Below the pieces are notes generated by a model. It worked only from the letters and a program-made list of their open reading frames with translations. It made no database searches and was not told the origin of the DNA. The position numbers and the translations under genes were made by a program. Shown in pieces: positions 19,780 through 28,668 of a DNA stretch of 47,203 nt. The first letter of the stretch is position 1. Each line of letters opens with the position of its first letter. Origin of the DNA: Rhodanobacter sp. (GTDB lineage Bacteria; Pseudomonadota; Gammaproteobacteria; Xanthomonadales; Rhodanobacteraceae); contig DATNGL010000249.1 in assembly GCA_035605895.1 (NCBI GenBank), positions 1-47,203 of the forward strand, written 5' to 3'.

Positions 19780-20262
19780 TTACTTGACGCTGGATGCTCG
19801 AGCCGGCGCCCCCTGAGCCTTCGCCGCCTGAATCTGCTGCTCGACCACACCCGCGAGCCCCAGTGCCGTTTCCGCCACGACAAGACCGGCCTGCGCCTGC
19901 GCCTGCTGGGCCGGAGTGATCGGCAAGGTGCCCACGATGGTCCCGAGCGCCGGCAATGCCTGCTGTGCCAGTGCCTGCAGGTTCGTAGCCGTCACATTTG
20001 CCCCAGCAGCACACACGGCGGCCACGGTCGGCTGGATCGCCACCAGCTCGGCATTGGCCTTCTGGGCGAAGGATGCGGTGGCCGGGGAAGCCAGCATCGC
20101 GGCATTGATCACGGTCAGCTGGCTGTTGACCAGGTTGACCTGTGGACAGGCGATGGCGGCGATCTGGGCAGGCGACAGCTTCTGGCCGCCCGTAGTGGTG
20201 CAACCGGACACACACGTCAGGGCCAGCGCGATCAGCGCCAGCAGCAAGGTCTTGGTTTTCAT
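19780..20262 (-). CDS. Lipoprotein in lysis cassette (spanin candidate)
   Basis: Signal peptide with lipobox VSG-C; Ala/Gln-rich helical body. Confidence 0.7.
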   Translation of the reverse strand: MKTKTLLLALIALALTCVSGCTTTGGQKLSPAQIAAIACPQVNLVNSQLTVINAAMLASPATASFAQKANAELVAIQPTVAAVCAAGANVTATNLQALAQQALPALGTIVGTLPITPAQQAQAQAGLVVAETALGLAGVVEQQIQAAKAQGAPARASSVK

Positions 20263-20272
20263 GGGGTAGTCC

Positions 20273-20554
20273 TCAGGGAGGCGCAGGGGGTGGATACGGA
20301 TAACTCGAAGGAGTTTTTTCAGGTTTCGGCGCCGGCACGGAATTGGCCAGCAGGATGTTCTTCCGGTCGCTTCCCGAACTCGAGCCGAAGTAGTAGCTCA
20401 ACACCAGCATCAGCGACGAATCCATGGTGCCCAGAATCCGCCCCACGACAACGCCGTCCATGCCGGACGGTAGGCCGAAGTGCAGGAACAGTCCCTCCAC
20501 CGTGCCGACAATCAGGACCGTCAGGATGGCGAGAAGGTGCGTGGTCAGGCTCAT
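20273..20554 (-). CDS. Holin-like two-TM membrane protein
   Basis: Two hydrophobic segments and YYFGSSSGS motif; ATG overlaps the endolysin stop. Confidence 0.7.
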   Translation of the reverse strand: MSLTTHLLAILTVLIVGTVEGLFLHFGLPSGMDGVVVGRILGTMDSSLMLVLSYYFGSSSGSDRKNILLANSVPAPKPEKTPSSYPYPPPAPP

Positions 20555-21036
20555 TGCAATACGCCGCCGGCTTGGGTGAACCATGTCTGCAGGTCATTCA
20601 ACGCCTGCTGGTGCTGGCCGTAGTCATTCCCGGGCAAACTGGCCCACAGGTGCGAACACAGCGCGATGGCGGCATTGAGCTTGCCGGCGTCGATCAGCGG
20701 GAGCGCGCGCGCTTCGCGGATCTGTTGCAGCGCCATCAAGTCTTGGCTCACCGGGCCGAAGTCCGGGAGCGCCAGAAGCTGCTTGTAGGCCAGCCAGTTG
20801 CGGAACAACTCCTGATACCTGCCCGCAGCCGTCGAGCTGTAGCGCGGGTTGTAAACGTCCGGGTGCGTGGCGTAGCTATCGAACAGCAGCGGTGCGCGGC
20901 CTGTCGAGCCCACCAGTACGTCGTAGCCGTCGTCGCTGTGCTGCAGCAGCGCCGCGCCGATCTCGCTTTGCGCCAGCATGTCCAGAAAGGCACACCGATT
21001 CTGGCCGCCAGCCTGCTCCGGGGTGATGCGTGGCAT
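20551..21036 (-). CDS. Endolysin, lambda R-like transglycosylase
   Basis: AFLDMLAQSE, STAAGRYQ, DFGPVSQD and WASLPG motifs. Confidence 0.92.
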   Translation of the reverse strand: MPRITPEQAGGQNRCAFLDMLAQSEIGAALLQHSDDGYDVLVGSTGRAPLLFDSYATHPDVYNPRYSSTAAGRYQELFRNWLAYKQLLALPDFGPVSQDLMALQQIREARALPLIDAGKLNAAIALCSHLWASLPGNDYGQHQQALNDLQTWFTQAGGVLQ

Positions 21037-21278
21037 CAGTTCGCCCCGTGCCTGTCCATCTTGCGGTCCACCTTTTCCTCGATCCGGATCAGCGCGCCCA
21101 TGATGTTGTTGTTCTGACGGTCGGCGCGTTCGCGGTCATCCCGGGCATTGCTGGCGAGGTTTTCCACGCGAACCTCAGTGCTGGTCAGCCTCGCGCTATG
21201 TTTCAACAGCCAGCCGACGATAATCACAACCAGACTCCCGCCTCCCACGATGAGGCTGATGTAATCCGAATCGGTCAT
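21036..21278 (-). CDS. Single-TM holin/antiholin-like protein
   Basis: MTDSDYISLIVGGGSLVVIIVGWLL then coiled coil; GGAGG RBS; first late CDS. Confidence 0.65.
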   Translation of the reverse strand: MTDSDYISLIVGGGSLVVIIVGWLLKHSARLTSTEVRVENLASNARDDRERADRQNNNIMGALIRIEEKVDRKMDRHGAN

Positions 21279-21419
21279 GGAACCTCCGCGTGCAAGTGGT
21301 AACCCGCACGCGGCGGGGTGAAAGGTGGCCGGCGACCGCTGGGGAGAACGGCGCCGGCCGTGCGGGACGGTCGGACGTCCGGCCTGTTCAGACACGCTTC
21401 CGCATGCCTGCCGCACAAA

Positions 21420-21494
21420 TGGAGCGAACCGCCGGACTCGAACCGGCATCTTCGATCTTGGAAGGATCGTGCCCTGCCATTGGACCAGGCTCGC
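21420..21494 (-). tRNA. tRNA-Gly(UCC)
   Basis: GCGAGCC/GGTTCGC acceptor stem plus TCCA; D arm; CGATC-CTTCCAA-GATCG anticodon arm; GCCGG-TTCGAGT-CCGGC T arm. Confidence 0.92.
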
Positions 21495-21496
21495 GG

Positions 21497-21529
21497 AAAA
21501 CAAAACCCCCGCCGTTTCGGGCAGGGGTT
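21497..21529 (-). terminator. tR'-like intrinsic terminator
   Basis: CCCCTGCC-CGAAAC-GGCGGGGG-TTTTGTTTT between the late promoter and the tRNA. Confidence 0.8.
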
Positions 21530-21566
21530 CGGGGTATTTGCTCAAGTGGTGGCGAGCGTCAAGTTC

Positions 21567-21595
21567 ATTGTAGAAATTATTCGGTAGGCGAACAA
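21567..21595 (-). promoter_or_regulatory. pR'-like late promoter
   Basis: TTGTTC-17 nt-TACAAT immediately after the Q stop codon. Confidence 0.72.
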
Positions 21596-22249
21596 CTACT
21601 GAACTGACGCGGCAGACGAAAGCTCGCGGGTTGCCTGATGTACTTCGTCGTTGCACCTGGTGAACATCCATTCGTAGGGCTGTTCCCACAGCTGGCGATA
21701 GCTCTGGTGCTTCATGCGCAATTGCGCCGCCCGCCATACTGGACCGCGTATCGTCTTGCCGGTGCCTGCGCAGCGCATGCAGCCTTTCACCAGCTCGCCA
21801 GCCATGCCGGCGCCGCGCCCCTTGCAATCGGGGCAGGTGCGCGGGTCTATCAGCTCGTTCACGACCGCCTTGCGGATCAGCGCATACGTTTCATCAATGC
21901 GCGGCCACATGCGGTATTGGGCGCCGGAAAGCTCGCGTTGCGCCTGTCTGCGATCCCATCCCGTGGTCGCGATCTGCATGTGAATCTGCGCCGTCACCAG
22001 TGCATCCATGCGTTCGCGCCATTCGCCAAACTGCAAGTCGATAAGCCGCTTGTCCAGATCGGCCGCGTTGAGTTTGGCGCCTTCTGGCCACCAGATGCGG
22101 CATAGCAGCTCGCGTCCTATGCCTTGCGGCACGAAGGCGATGGATGCTGCAACATCCTGCTGCGTGAGTTCCTGGATACCGCCAGACCCGATGTCAAAAC
22201 GCGCATTCGAAGGATTGAGCCGAGCGAGCAAATAGGCGGGATGGGTCAT
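21596..22249 (-). CDS. Late antiterminator Q-like protein
   Basis: CPDCKGRG...CMRCAGTG zinc finger; last early gene before promoter, terminator and lysis genes. Confidence 0.78.
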   Translation of the reverse strand: MTHPAYLLARLNPSNARFDIGSGGIQELTQQDVAASIAFVPQGIGRELLCRIWWPEGAKLNAADLDKRLIDLQFGEWRERMDALVTAQIHMQIATTGWDRRQAQRELSGAQYRMWPRIDETYALIRKAVVNELIDPRTCPDCKGRGAGMAGELVKGCMRCAGTGKTIRGPVWRAAQLRMKHQSYRQLWEQPYEWMFTRCNDEVHQATRELSSAASVQ

Positions 22250-23129
22250 TTGTCACTCCTGATCGAATTAAGCACATTTCGGATGGATTCGATGTCGCCC
22301 CAGCGCAGCCCGCAGTGCCATTCGATGCCCTGCCGGTGCTTGGGGACGTCGGGCAGCTTCGGCAGCTGGCAGGCGCGCTCGGGGCCGGTTAGTACGTCGG
22401 CGCTCACGCAGCAGCTGTCGGGACGCGGAGCTTTATGCGGCCGGATCATGAATGTCCCTTCGGCACGCATCCACGAAGGTCCGCACATCGGTCGGTGGGC
22501 CATGTTTGCGACGGCATTTTCGACATGGAGCATAGGTTCCGATGCCGAACAGTCGGCGAACCGATGAATGCATGCCGCAGCTTGAAATAACTTCGTCCGT
22601 AGCGCCGACCCGGCGAAAATAATGACCTCTCCCGAAGTTGCCGATTATGACGGCCCATCCTTTCGTGAACTTCGTGAGTCGCGATCCAGACATGCTCATT
22701 GTTTCATTTCCTTGCCACGGGGTGATTGCTTCGCACTGTGATCCGCGCACCGATGCACCTCGCCCGCGAAGTGATAGCCATGCAAGGCCGGATGCGTGCA
22801 CCAGCCGACGGCCTGGTCTGGATTGGGTGCCCAAGGCTCAAAGTGGCGGCAGGTGCGGCACTGGACGGGCGTCATGCCGCAACCTGCCTACGCGCCCTAC
22901 AGCGCGCCTCATACACCGACGAGCGTTCCCGCTGGCACGCTCGGCAAAACTTCTCGAAGTGCAGCACCCGCGTCATGCCGCGATGCTTGACTGGGAAGAA
23001 CGTATCCGTCAGCGGCCACCAGCACTCGGCCAGCGGCTCGCCGCGCTGCTGGCACAGGTAGCAGTAGCCTTCCATGCCGGTGATGGTTTGGCGGATGGCG
23101 CCGTGCGGTGGCAGTTGCGTGGTTTGCAT
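22246..23129 (-). other. Four small Cys-rich hypothetical genes (approx. 22246-22449, 22433-22699, 22696-22875, 22872-23129)
   Basis: Overlapping start/stop codons and CxxC motifs; nin-like region. Confidence 0.55.
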
Positions 23130-23449
23130 TAGCCAAGCTCCGGCGCGATCGCTTGGGTCACCAGCGCGATCGCCTCATCGGCTGTCCGCACGATATGCAC
23201 TTCGCACCCCGCGTCACCGATAGCCTTGTGCAACTTGATCTGCGCTGGCGTCAGCGCCTGGTCGGCTTTGGGCTTGCCGGGATTCTTGATCTCGACCATG
23301 TGCACCTGTTTGCGATAGCACACAATCAGATCGCATACCCCTTTGCCAGCGCCACTCAGATCCAGTACGCACGCGCCGATCTTTTGCAGCGCAGCGACAA
23401 TACCGGCCTGGTTTTGGTCTACGCGGCGGCGATGGTGAATCATGCTCAT
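23129..23449 (-). CDS. VRR-NUC/PD-(D/E)XK nuclease (resolvase-like)
   Basis: RVDQNQ..IV, GVCDL, VEIK and LTPAQ motifs. Confidence 0.8.
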   Translation of the reverse strand: MSMIHHRRRVDQNQAGIVAALQKIGACVLDLSGAGKGVCDLIVCYRKQVHMVEIKNPGKPKADQALTPAQIKLHKAIGDAGCEVHIVRTADEAIALVTQAIAPELG

Positions 23450-23477
23450 CGCACGGCCTTTGTTTTGCGAATGTTGG

Positions 23478-23702
23478 TCATACCCCACCCCGCAGCGCCC
23501 ACTTCGCCCACGTCCCGGGCAGGCACGGCAACCGCACCACTTCGCCCCGCCGCTCCATCCCGCGCAGCGCGCTATCCACGCCAGCCTGATCTTTTTCGAG
23601 CATCGCGCCGATGTCGATTGCGGTCAGTGCGCGTCCCTGCAGCAGCTTCGTGATATCGGCGCGCAGAAGGGTGCGGCGGTCGTGGATTTTCGGGCCGGTC
23701 AT
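23478..23702 (-). CDS. Small winged-HTH protein
   Basis: LTAIDIGAML...VDSALRGMERRGEV. Confidence 0.6.
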   Translation of the reverse strand: MTGPKIHDRRTLLRADITKLLQGRALTAIDIGAMLEKDQAGVDSALRGMERRGEVVRLPCLPGTWAKWALRGGV

Positions 23703-24997
23703 GCGCTGGTCCCAAAGGTGTCGTCGTAGCCGCGCGACAAATTGCCGAACGTCATCGTGTTTCCCTGCCAGTAAAGGTCGATGTAACCCGTGGCGCCGTG
23801 CCGGTTTTTTTCGACGATCACGCGGGCCGTGGATTGATCCGCCTGCGCGTCGTAATACCCTTCGCGGTACAGCATCAAAACCTGATCCGCCTCTTTTTCG
23901 ATCTCGCTGGAATCGGACAGATCGCTCATGCGTGGCACGGACCCGGCGCGGTTTTCTACAGCGCGGGCGACCTGGGCCAGCACGATCACCGGGATATCCA
24001 GATCACGAGCCAGGTTCTTCATGGCGCGCGCGACGAAACTGACCTGCTCGTACTTGCGTTCCCCTTCCCCGCCCACGCGCTGGAGATAATCGACGTACAG
24101 CGCCTGGATGCCGTGTTTGTGTTTCCAGCGTCTTGCCACGCGCGCCACGTCCGCCATCGTTGGCGCGGAGCGATCCAGAAACCACATTGGGAGTTCGGAC
24201 GTAGATCCCACGACACCAGCCAGCTTGCCCCATTCGAAATCCTCGAACTGCGCGGTGCGAAATTTCTTGGAGTCGATGTTCGCCGCCGCCGACATCATGC
24301 GCAGCGTCATCTGCTCCACCGGCTGCTCGCCGGAAATGATGCCCACCGGATGACCCGCCTTGGCTGCCGCGCGCGCGATGCTCAGCAGGAAACTGGTTTT
24401 CCCCATCGCGGCGCGACCGCCGATCACGATCATGTCGCCGCGATGAAAGCCACCAAGCTTGTCGTCGAGATCGACCAGGCCGCTTGTCACCCCCGGCAAT
24501 TTCCCGCCGCTGTTGTAGATCGCCGTCAGCTCGGCAAACGCCGCTTTCGCCGCCTGCCTTGCGTCCCACTCGTGGTTTTGCTCCGTAGCATGCAGGCTCA
24601 TCAGCGCATTGATGGCCTGATCGACTGCCTTCTCGCTTGTGGATTCGACCAGGGCCATGCCGATTTCGCGGGACCGCCGATGCCTCCATGCCGTCGTGAC
24701 GCGATGCGCGAACGCTTCCGGGACGGCGGTGATCAGCGCATCGGAGCCGATCTCCATCACCAGGTTCGCTAGAGCCTTGCGTCCGGCCTGCTGGAACAGA
24801 TCGGCCAGCGTGACGGGATCGAAGGGCTTGGCGTCCGCCAGCTGCGATTGGATGGCTGCGTAAACGTCGGCGTGCGTTTCGCCAGCGAAGTATTCGGCGC
24901 TGATCTGCACGCGGTGGCAATCGCTTGGCCGGAGCATCAGCGTGGCGAGCAGGGATCGCTCAATTTCGAGCAGGGTGCTGGATTCGAGAAGGTTCAT
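23699..24997 (-). CDS. dnaB: Replicative DNA helicase, DnaB family
   Basis: GGRAAMGKTS Walker A, YVDYLQ, LAQVAR, DLSDSSEIEKEAD, KNRHG. Confidence 0.95.
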   Translation of the reverse strand: MNLLESSTLLEIERSLLATLMLRPSDCHRVQISAEYFAGETHADVYAAIQSQLADAKPFDPVTLADLFQQAGRKALANLVMEIGSDALITAVPEAFAHRVTTAWRHRRSREIGMALVESTSEKAVDQAINALMSLHATEQNHEWDARQAAKAAFAELTAIYNSGGKLPGVTSGLVDLDDKLGGFHRGDMIVIGGRAAMGKTSFLLSIARAAAKAGHPVGIISGEQPVEQMTLRMMSAAANIDSKKFRTAQFEDFEWGKLAGVVGSTSELPMWFLDRSAPTMADVARVARRWKHKHGIQALYVDYLQRVGGEGERKYEQVSFVARAMKNLARDLDIPVIVLAQVARAVENRAGSVPRMSDLSDSSEIEKEADQVLMLYREGYYDAQADQSTARVIVEKNRHGATGYIDLYWQGNTMTFGNLSRGYDDTFGTSA

Positions 24998-25836
24998 GGC
25001 ATCGGTCTGGAGGCGGCGACGGATGTTCCGCCGGCCGGTTGTGGTTGAGCGACGTCTCTGGAAATCCATTCAGATTTGAACCCACGCCATCCACGTTCGC
25101 AGCACATTTCCAGCGCTGCGGTCAGCGTGATGCCGGCCTTTTCTGCCTCGCGCTTTAACCCTCGCATCGCTGTTTTGGTGATCGGCGCACGAAGGCGCTG
25201 CCGTAGTTGCTTGAAGTCAGCGGCGACTTGCTTGGGAATGCCGTCGAGAAGATCGCCTTCTGGCGCAGTCTTTTGCTCTTTCTTCTCTTCTCTTCTCTTC
25301 TCTTCTCTGTGCGTCACCGTTACGTCACGCGTTACGTCTACATTTTCGTCACCTTTTACGCCTTGAGTTTGGGCGCTGTTTTTCAGCTTTTCACGGTAGC
25401 GTTTTTGACGCTCAGCCCCTCCGGAACGGGCATCAGCGCTAGTGTTGTGCTCTTTGAAGTTAGGCAAATACATTCCGCCGTTCGGGTCGAATTTCGCCCA
25501 GCCGACACGAGAAAGTGCGATGGCGAACCCGGGGATTCCAACAATTTCGTCTATGTCTTGCGCGAGAATTCCGGATACAAAATCGTCTTTCGCGTGCTCG
25601 TTCGCGTAACCCCAGAAACGTAGTAACGCTGTTACCGTTACGTAACGCGTTATGCGTAACGCGGCGTGACGTTCAGAACGGGCATCTTCATCACTGAGCG
25701 CGGGATATCCGCCAATCCCATATGAAAGCGCAGACCACTCAATAAATGCCGGATTGTCCACAAGACACTCCGCAAGACGCATGACTTTGGGGCTTGTTGT
25801 CAGTCCGACGCGCATCTTGATCCAATCACCAGCCAT
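24994..25836 (-). CDS. Replication initiator protein
   Basis: MAGDWIKMR N-terminus, AERQKRYRE, REEKRREE linker; directly upstream of DnaB. Confidence 0.8.
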   Translation of the reverse strand: MAGDWIKMRVGLTTSPKVMRLAECLVDNPAFIEWSALSYGIGGYPALSDEDARSERHAALRITRYVTVTALLRFWGYANEHAKDDFVSGILAQDIDEIVGIPGFAIALSRVGWAKFDPNGGMYLPNFKEHNTSADARSGGAERQKRYREKLKNSAQTQGVKGDENVDVTRDVTVTHREEKRREEKKEQKTAPEGDLLDGIPKQVAADFKQLRQRLRAPITKTAMRGLKREAEKAGITLTAALEMCCERGWRGFKSEWISRDVAQPQPAGGTSVAASRPMP

Positions 25837-26929
25837 TACTTTTTGGCCTCGAATATCTGTCTCTGCGGACAAGTAGGGTCAATCGCCAGCTCCGCCCGTG
25901 CCACCGCCAGCTCTTCCGGCGTGTGCACCTTGTCGGCCACCGCAAGGCATTCCTGCGCGTGTTTCAGCTGTCGGGCGTACCAGGCGTCCGTTCGACGTCC
26001 CGGCGTGCCGTATAGCGCATGCATGGCGTCCTGCGTGGGCTTGTCGAAGAGATTGGGGACGTTCACCGCACCCTCCGGATCACCGCGACGCCACCGTCGC
26101 ACTCCGCCGCGATCTTCCGCGCCTCGGCCCGGCTCTGGCAGACGATCACTAGCTCGCGGGTTTCGCGGTCGTACACGCACCAGGCAATGACATCGTTCAT
26201 CGCCTGCTCCCCACGCCGACAAACGCCACGATGACGGCGCAGATGCAGGCGCAAAACCAGTAGAACGCCATGGCGGGGCTGCGTACCCACGGCAGGCCAG
26301 AGAGCCACAGGAAGGTTGCGCAACAGGCCAGCGTGACGCCGGCAGCGATCAGGCGGCGTGTGGCGAGTTTCATGACATGGCCTCCACCCAGCGAAGAATC
26401 TGGTGCTCGTTGTCGTCGAGTTGCTTCTGCACGGATGCCGCTTCGCCCGTCTTGATCCTGAGCTCGGCAAGCGTGAACGCCGCTTCCTCAAGGTCGGCCG
26501 CAGTCATTTCGACCGTCATGGTGTCCACGGGCGTCAGGGGCGTTGCGTAGACGTCGCGGAAGTCCAGTGTGGTGCGGGCGGTGGTCATGCGCGTTTGGCC
26601 TGATATGGCAACCACGCTTTCTTCGGAGACTTTCCGCGCTTCGTGTAGACGGGTTTCCCGTGGGCGTCTGTGACCACTTGTCTTGCCTTCACCGACATGT
26701 CGCGGCAAACTTCCATGCGAAGCGCGATATGCATGAATTCTTCTGCGAACTGTGGCGCGTCGAATGCCGCGCTCAGTTGTTTGACGCGCTTCCCGCGCAT
26801 GATGGTCTCGACAGTCTCGTCGACTTTCTTCAACCATTGCGTTTCGCTCATCGCCCCTGCTGGCGTTTTTTTTTGTGCCTCAGTGATCGCAACGGTCTTC
26901 GTCATGCCAAAAACAGCGAATGTGCTCAT
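25836..26929 (-). other. Five small hypothetical early genes (approx. 25836-26066, 26063-26200, 26197-26373, 26370-26588, 26585-26929)
   Basis: Chain of ATGA/GTGA-coupled ORFs. Confidence 0.6.
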
Positions 26930-27330
26930 GCAGATTCCCCACGTAGCGCAGCAGTCAGGACGCGCACCTTGAGACGTTCCGCGTCGAGTGATTCGCGGAC
27001 TTCGCGCAAGGTGCGTTCGATTTCGGATTCGAGCTTGCGCAGGCTGCGCGGGTCGTAACCGCGGCGCAGCAGCCAGTAGTACAGCCACGCTTCGCTGCCG
27101 GTGGCGTCCATCATCTTGTCGAGGTGATCGGCGGAAGGCCGCGCTGTTCCCTGCTTCACCTTCGCGAGCGTGCTGTTGTCGATATCCGCTTCGATGGCGA
27201 CAGTCTTTTCCTGCAGACCGCTCAGCGAGATCATCGAAGCAATCGCGGCAGCTTCAGATGCCCACGTCCATTCCGATTCCGGGATGGCGCGTTGCGGACG
27301 TTTCACGCGCAGATCAAGGCCATCAGCCAT
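26926..27330 (-). CDS. XRE-type HTH regulator at the CII position
   Basis: QEKTVAIEADIDNSTLAKVKQG HTH; downstream of cro and tR1. Confidence 0.65.
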   Translation of the reverse strand: MADGLDLRVKRPQRAIPESEWTWASEAAAIASMISLSGLQEKTVAIEADIDNSTLAKVKQGTARPSADHLDKMMDATGSEAWLYYWLLRRGYDPRSLRKLESEIERTLREVRESLDAERLKVRVLTAALRGESA

Positions 27331-27374
27331 GACGTTCCACCGAATGGAATAGCGTGGAAGGTCGATTCGAGCCT

Positions 27375-27408
27375 AAAAAAAAGGCATGAACACGCGATGC
27401 ATTCATGG
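27375..27408 (-). terminator. tR1-like terminator
   Basis: CATGAATGC-ATCGC-GTGTTCATG then CC and T8. Confidence 0.5.
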
Positions 27409-27651
27409 GTTAGGCGGCCTCTTGCTTCGAGGACTTGACGCTCTCAGTCCAGAGCTTTTCAACAACCTTCGCGATAACCGCTGCATCGAACACCACATTT
27501 GGCGAGACGCCGTAATCGCCTTGATCGCAGGTTGCCAGCACCACGACTCGCGACTCGACACCTTCACCGTCTATGCTGATGCGCAGGCCGATGGTGAGGA
27601 TCGGGAGAAGCTCAATATTCTTCATGAACATGGGTTAGGCGGCTTCTCGCT
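27404..27651. repeat. 23-bp direct repeat pair (27404-27426 and 27629-27651)
   Basis: CATGGGTTAGGCGGCcTCTtGCT versus CATGGGTTAGGCGGCtTCTcGCT, 21/23 identical. Confidence 0.85.
27410..27631 (-). CDS. Hypothetical protein flanked by direct repeats
   Basis: 73-aa ORF between cro and tR1. Confidence 0.6.
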   Translation of the reverse strand: MFMKNIELLPILTIGLRISIDGEGVESRVVVLATCDQGDYGVSPNVVFDAAVIAKVVEKLWTESVKSSKQEAA

Positions 27652-27823
27652 GGGCGCGTTTGGCTGTGGCGAATACGTCGGGACGCAACAATTCAAGGAA
27701 TTGGCGACGTGCAGCCGGTATGCCATTTCGGCGCCATTCGCTGACGCTGGGCTGTTTGACCTTGCAGAGAGCGGCCACGGCGGCAGTTCCGCCGAGCAAG
27801 TCGATGATCTGGGAGTCGTTCAT
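27635..27823 (-). CDS. cro: Cro-like repressor
   Basis: IIDLLGGTAAVAALCKVKQPSVSEWRRNGIP HTH; divergent from cI. Confidence 0.88.
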   Translation of the reverse strand: MNDSQIIDLLGGTAAVAALCKVKQPSVSEWRRNGIPAARRQFLELLRPDVFATAKRAQREAA

Positions 27824-27829
27824 GGCGCA

Positions 27830-27895
27830 AGCATAGGGATTCCTACGCTTGTCGTCAATAGGCAATCCTACTCTTAGACCGGATAGGCTCGCCTA
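27830..27895. promoter_or_regulatory. OR region: three operators plus pR and pRM
   Basis: TAGG-N4-CCTA at 27834, 27859 and 27884 (25-bp period); pR on minus strand TTGACG(27858-27853)-17-TATGCT(27835-27830). Confidence 0.85.
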
Positions 27896-28456
27896 ATGCT
27901 TCCAACTTGGTCACAACGCATTCTGGATATCTTGGAATCCAGCCCCGATAAGTCGCCGGCTGGGCTTGCTCGCGCTTGTGGTATCAAGGGCGGATCAGTC
28001 AGTGGATGGTTTGGGAAAGGCAAGCCAACCAAGATGATCAGCGGCGACAATCTGGTTGCCGCAGCGATCTACCTTGGCACGACTGCCGAATACATCATGA
28101 CCGGTCGTCAAGGCGAGACGGCAAGCCAATCTCAATCCTTGAACATGGATCTTGAGATGCTCAAATCAGCCATCGTTAGCGTGAAAGAGGCTCTCCATAC
28201 CCTTGGCCTGGAGCTGGATGCTTTTCTCGCGGCCCCGCTTATTGCCTATGCCTACGCCGAACGGATCACCCTTCCCCGCGACATGAGCAAAGAGGAGTAC
28301 CGGAAGTTCGATGCGATGGTAACGGCCAAGTTACAGGGGGAATTAGGACATGGCGGAAAGCAAGGAAGAATTGTTGAGAAAAGCGGGCGCCGCATTGAAA
28401 TTGTTACGCCCAACAAGACGAAGACTGGTACTCGTAAGCGATCAACGGTTACCTGA
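27896..28456 (+). CDS. cI: CI-like immunity repressor (N-terminal HTH, no recognisable S24 peptidase)
   Basis: SPAGLARACGIKGGSVSGWF HTH, AEYIMTG; lies between the operator clusters. Confidence 0.8.
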   Translation: MLPTWSQRILDILESSPDKSPAGLARACGIKGGSVSGWFGKGKPTKMISGDNLVAAAIYLGTTAEYIMTGRQGETASQSQSLNMDLEMLKSAIVSVKEALHTLGLELDAFLAAPLIAYAYAERITLPRDMSKEEYRKFDAMVTAKLQGELGHGGKQGRIVEKSGRRIEIVTPNKTKTGTRKRSTVT

Positions 28457-28527
28457 TGAGGCCCAGTTAAACACCAAGACCACAACAGGTCGCGCAATTC
28501 CGAAGAAAGTCAAATAACGAACACAAC

Positions 28528-28551
28528 AAGCCCGCTGATGCGGGCTTTTTT
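28528..28551 (+). terminator. Intrinsic terminator after cI
   Basis: AAGCCCGC-TGAT-GCGGGCTT-TTTT. Confidence 0.85.
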
Positions 28552-28594
28552 GTGCCTCCCTGCAATTATTGAACTCTATCGTTGCATATTAGCG

Positions 28595-28635
28595 TAGGGA
28601 TTCCTATTGACGCGAAACATAGGATTGCCTAAGCT
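28595..28635 (+). promoter_or_regulatory. OL region: two operators plus pL
   Basis: TAGG-N4-CCTA at 28595 and 28620; TTGACG(28607)-17-TAAGCT(28630). Confidence 0.85.
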
Positions 28636-28668
28636 TCTCCCAAGCCAACCGGCCAGGGAGAAAGACAC

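Noticed and set aside
19162..21117. 651-aa plus-strand ORF, and similar long antisense ORFs such as 40793-42673, 43776-45158 and 9956-10942
   Set aside because: Shadows of well-supported minus-strand genes in high-GC DNA; no recognisable motifs
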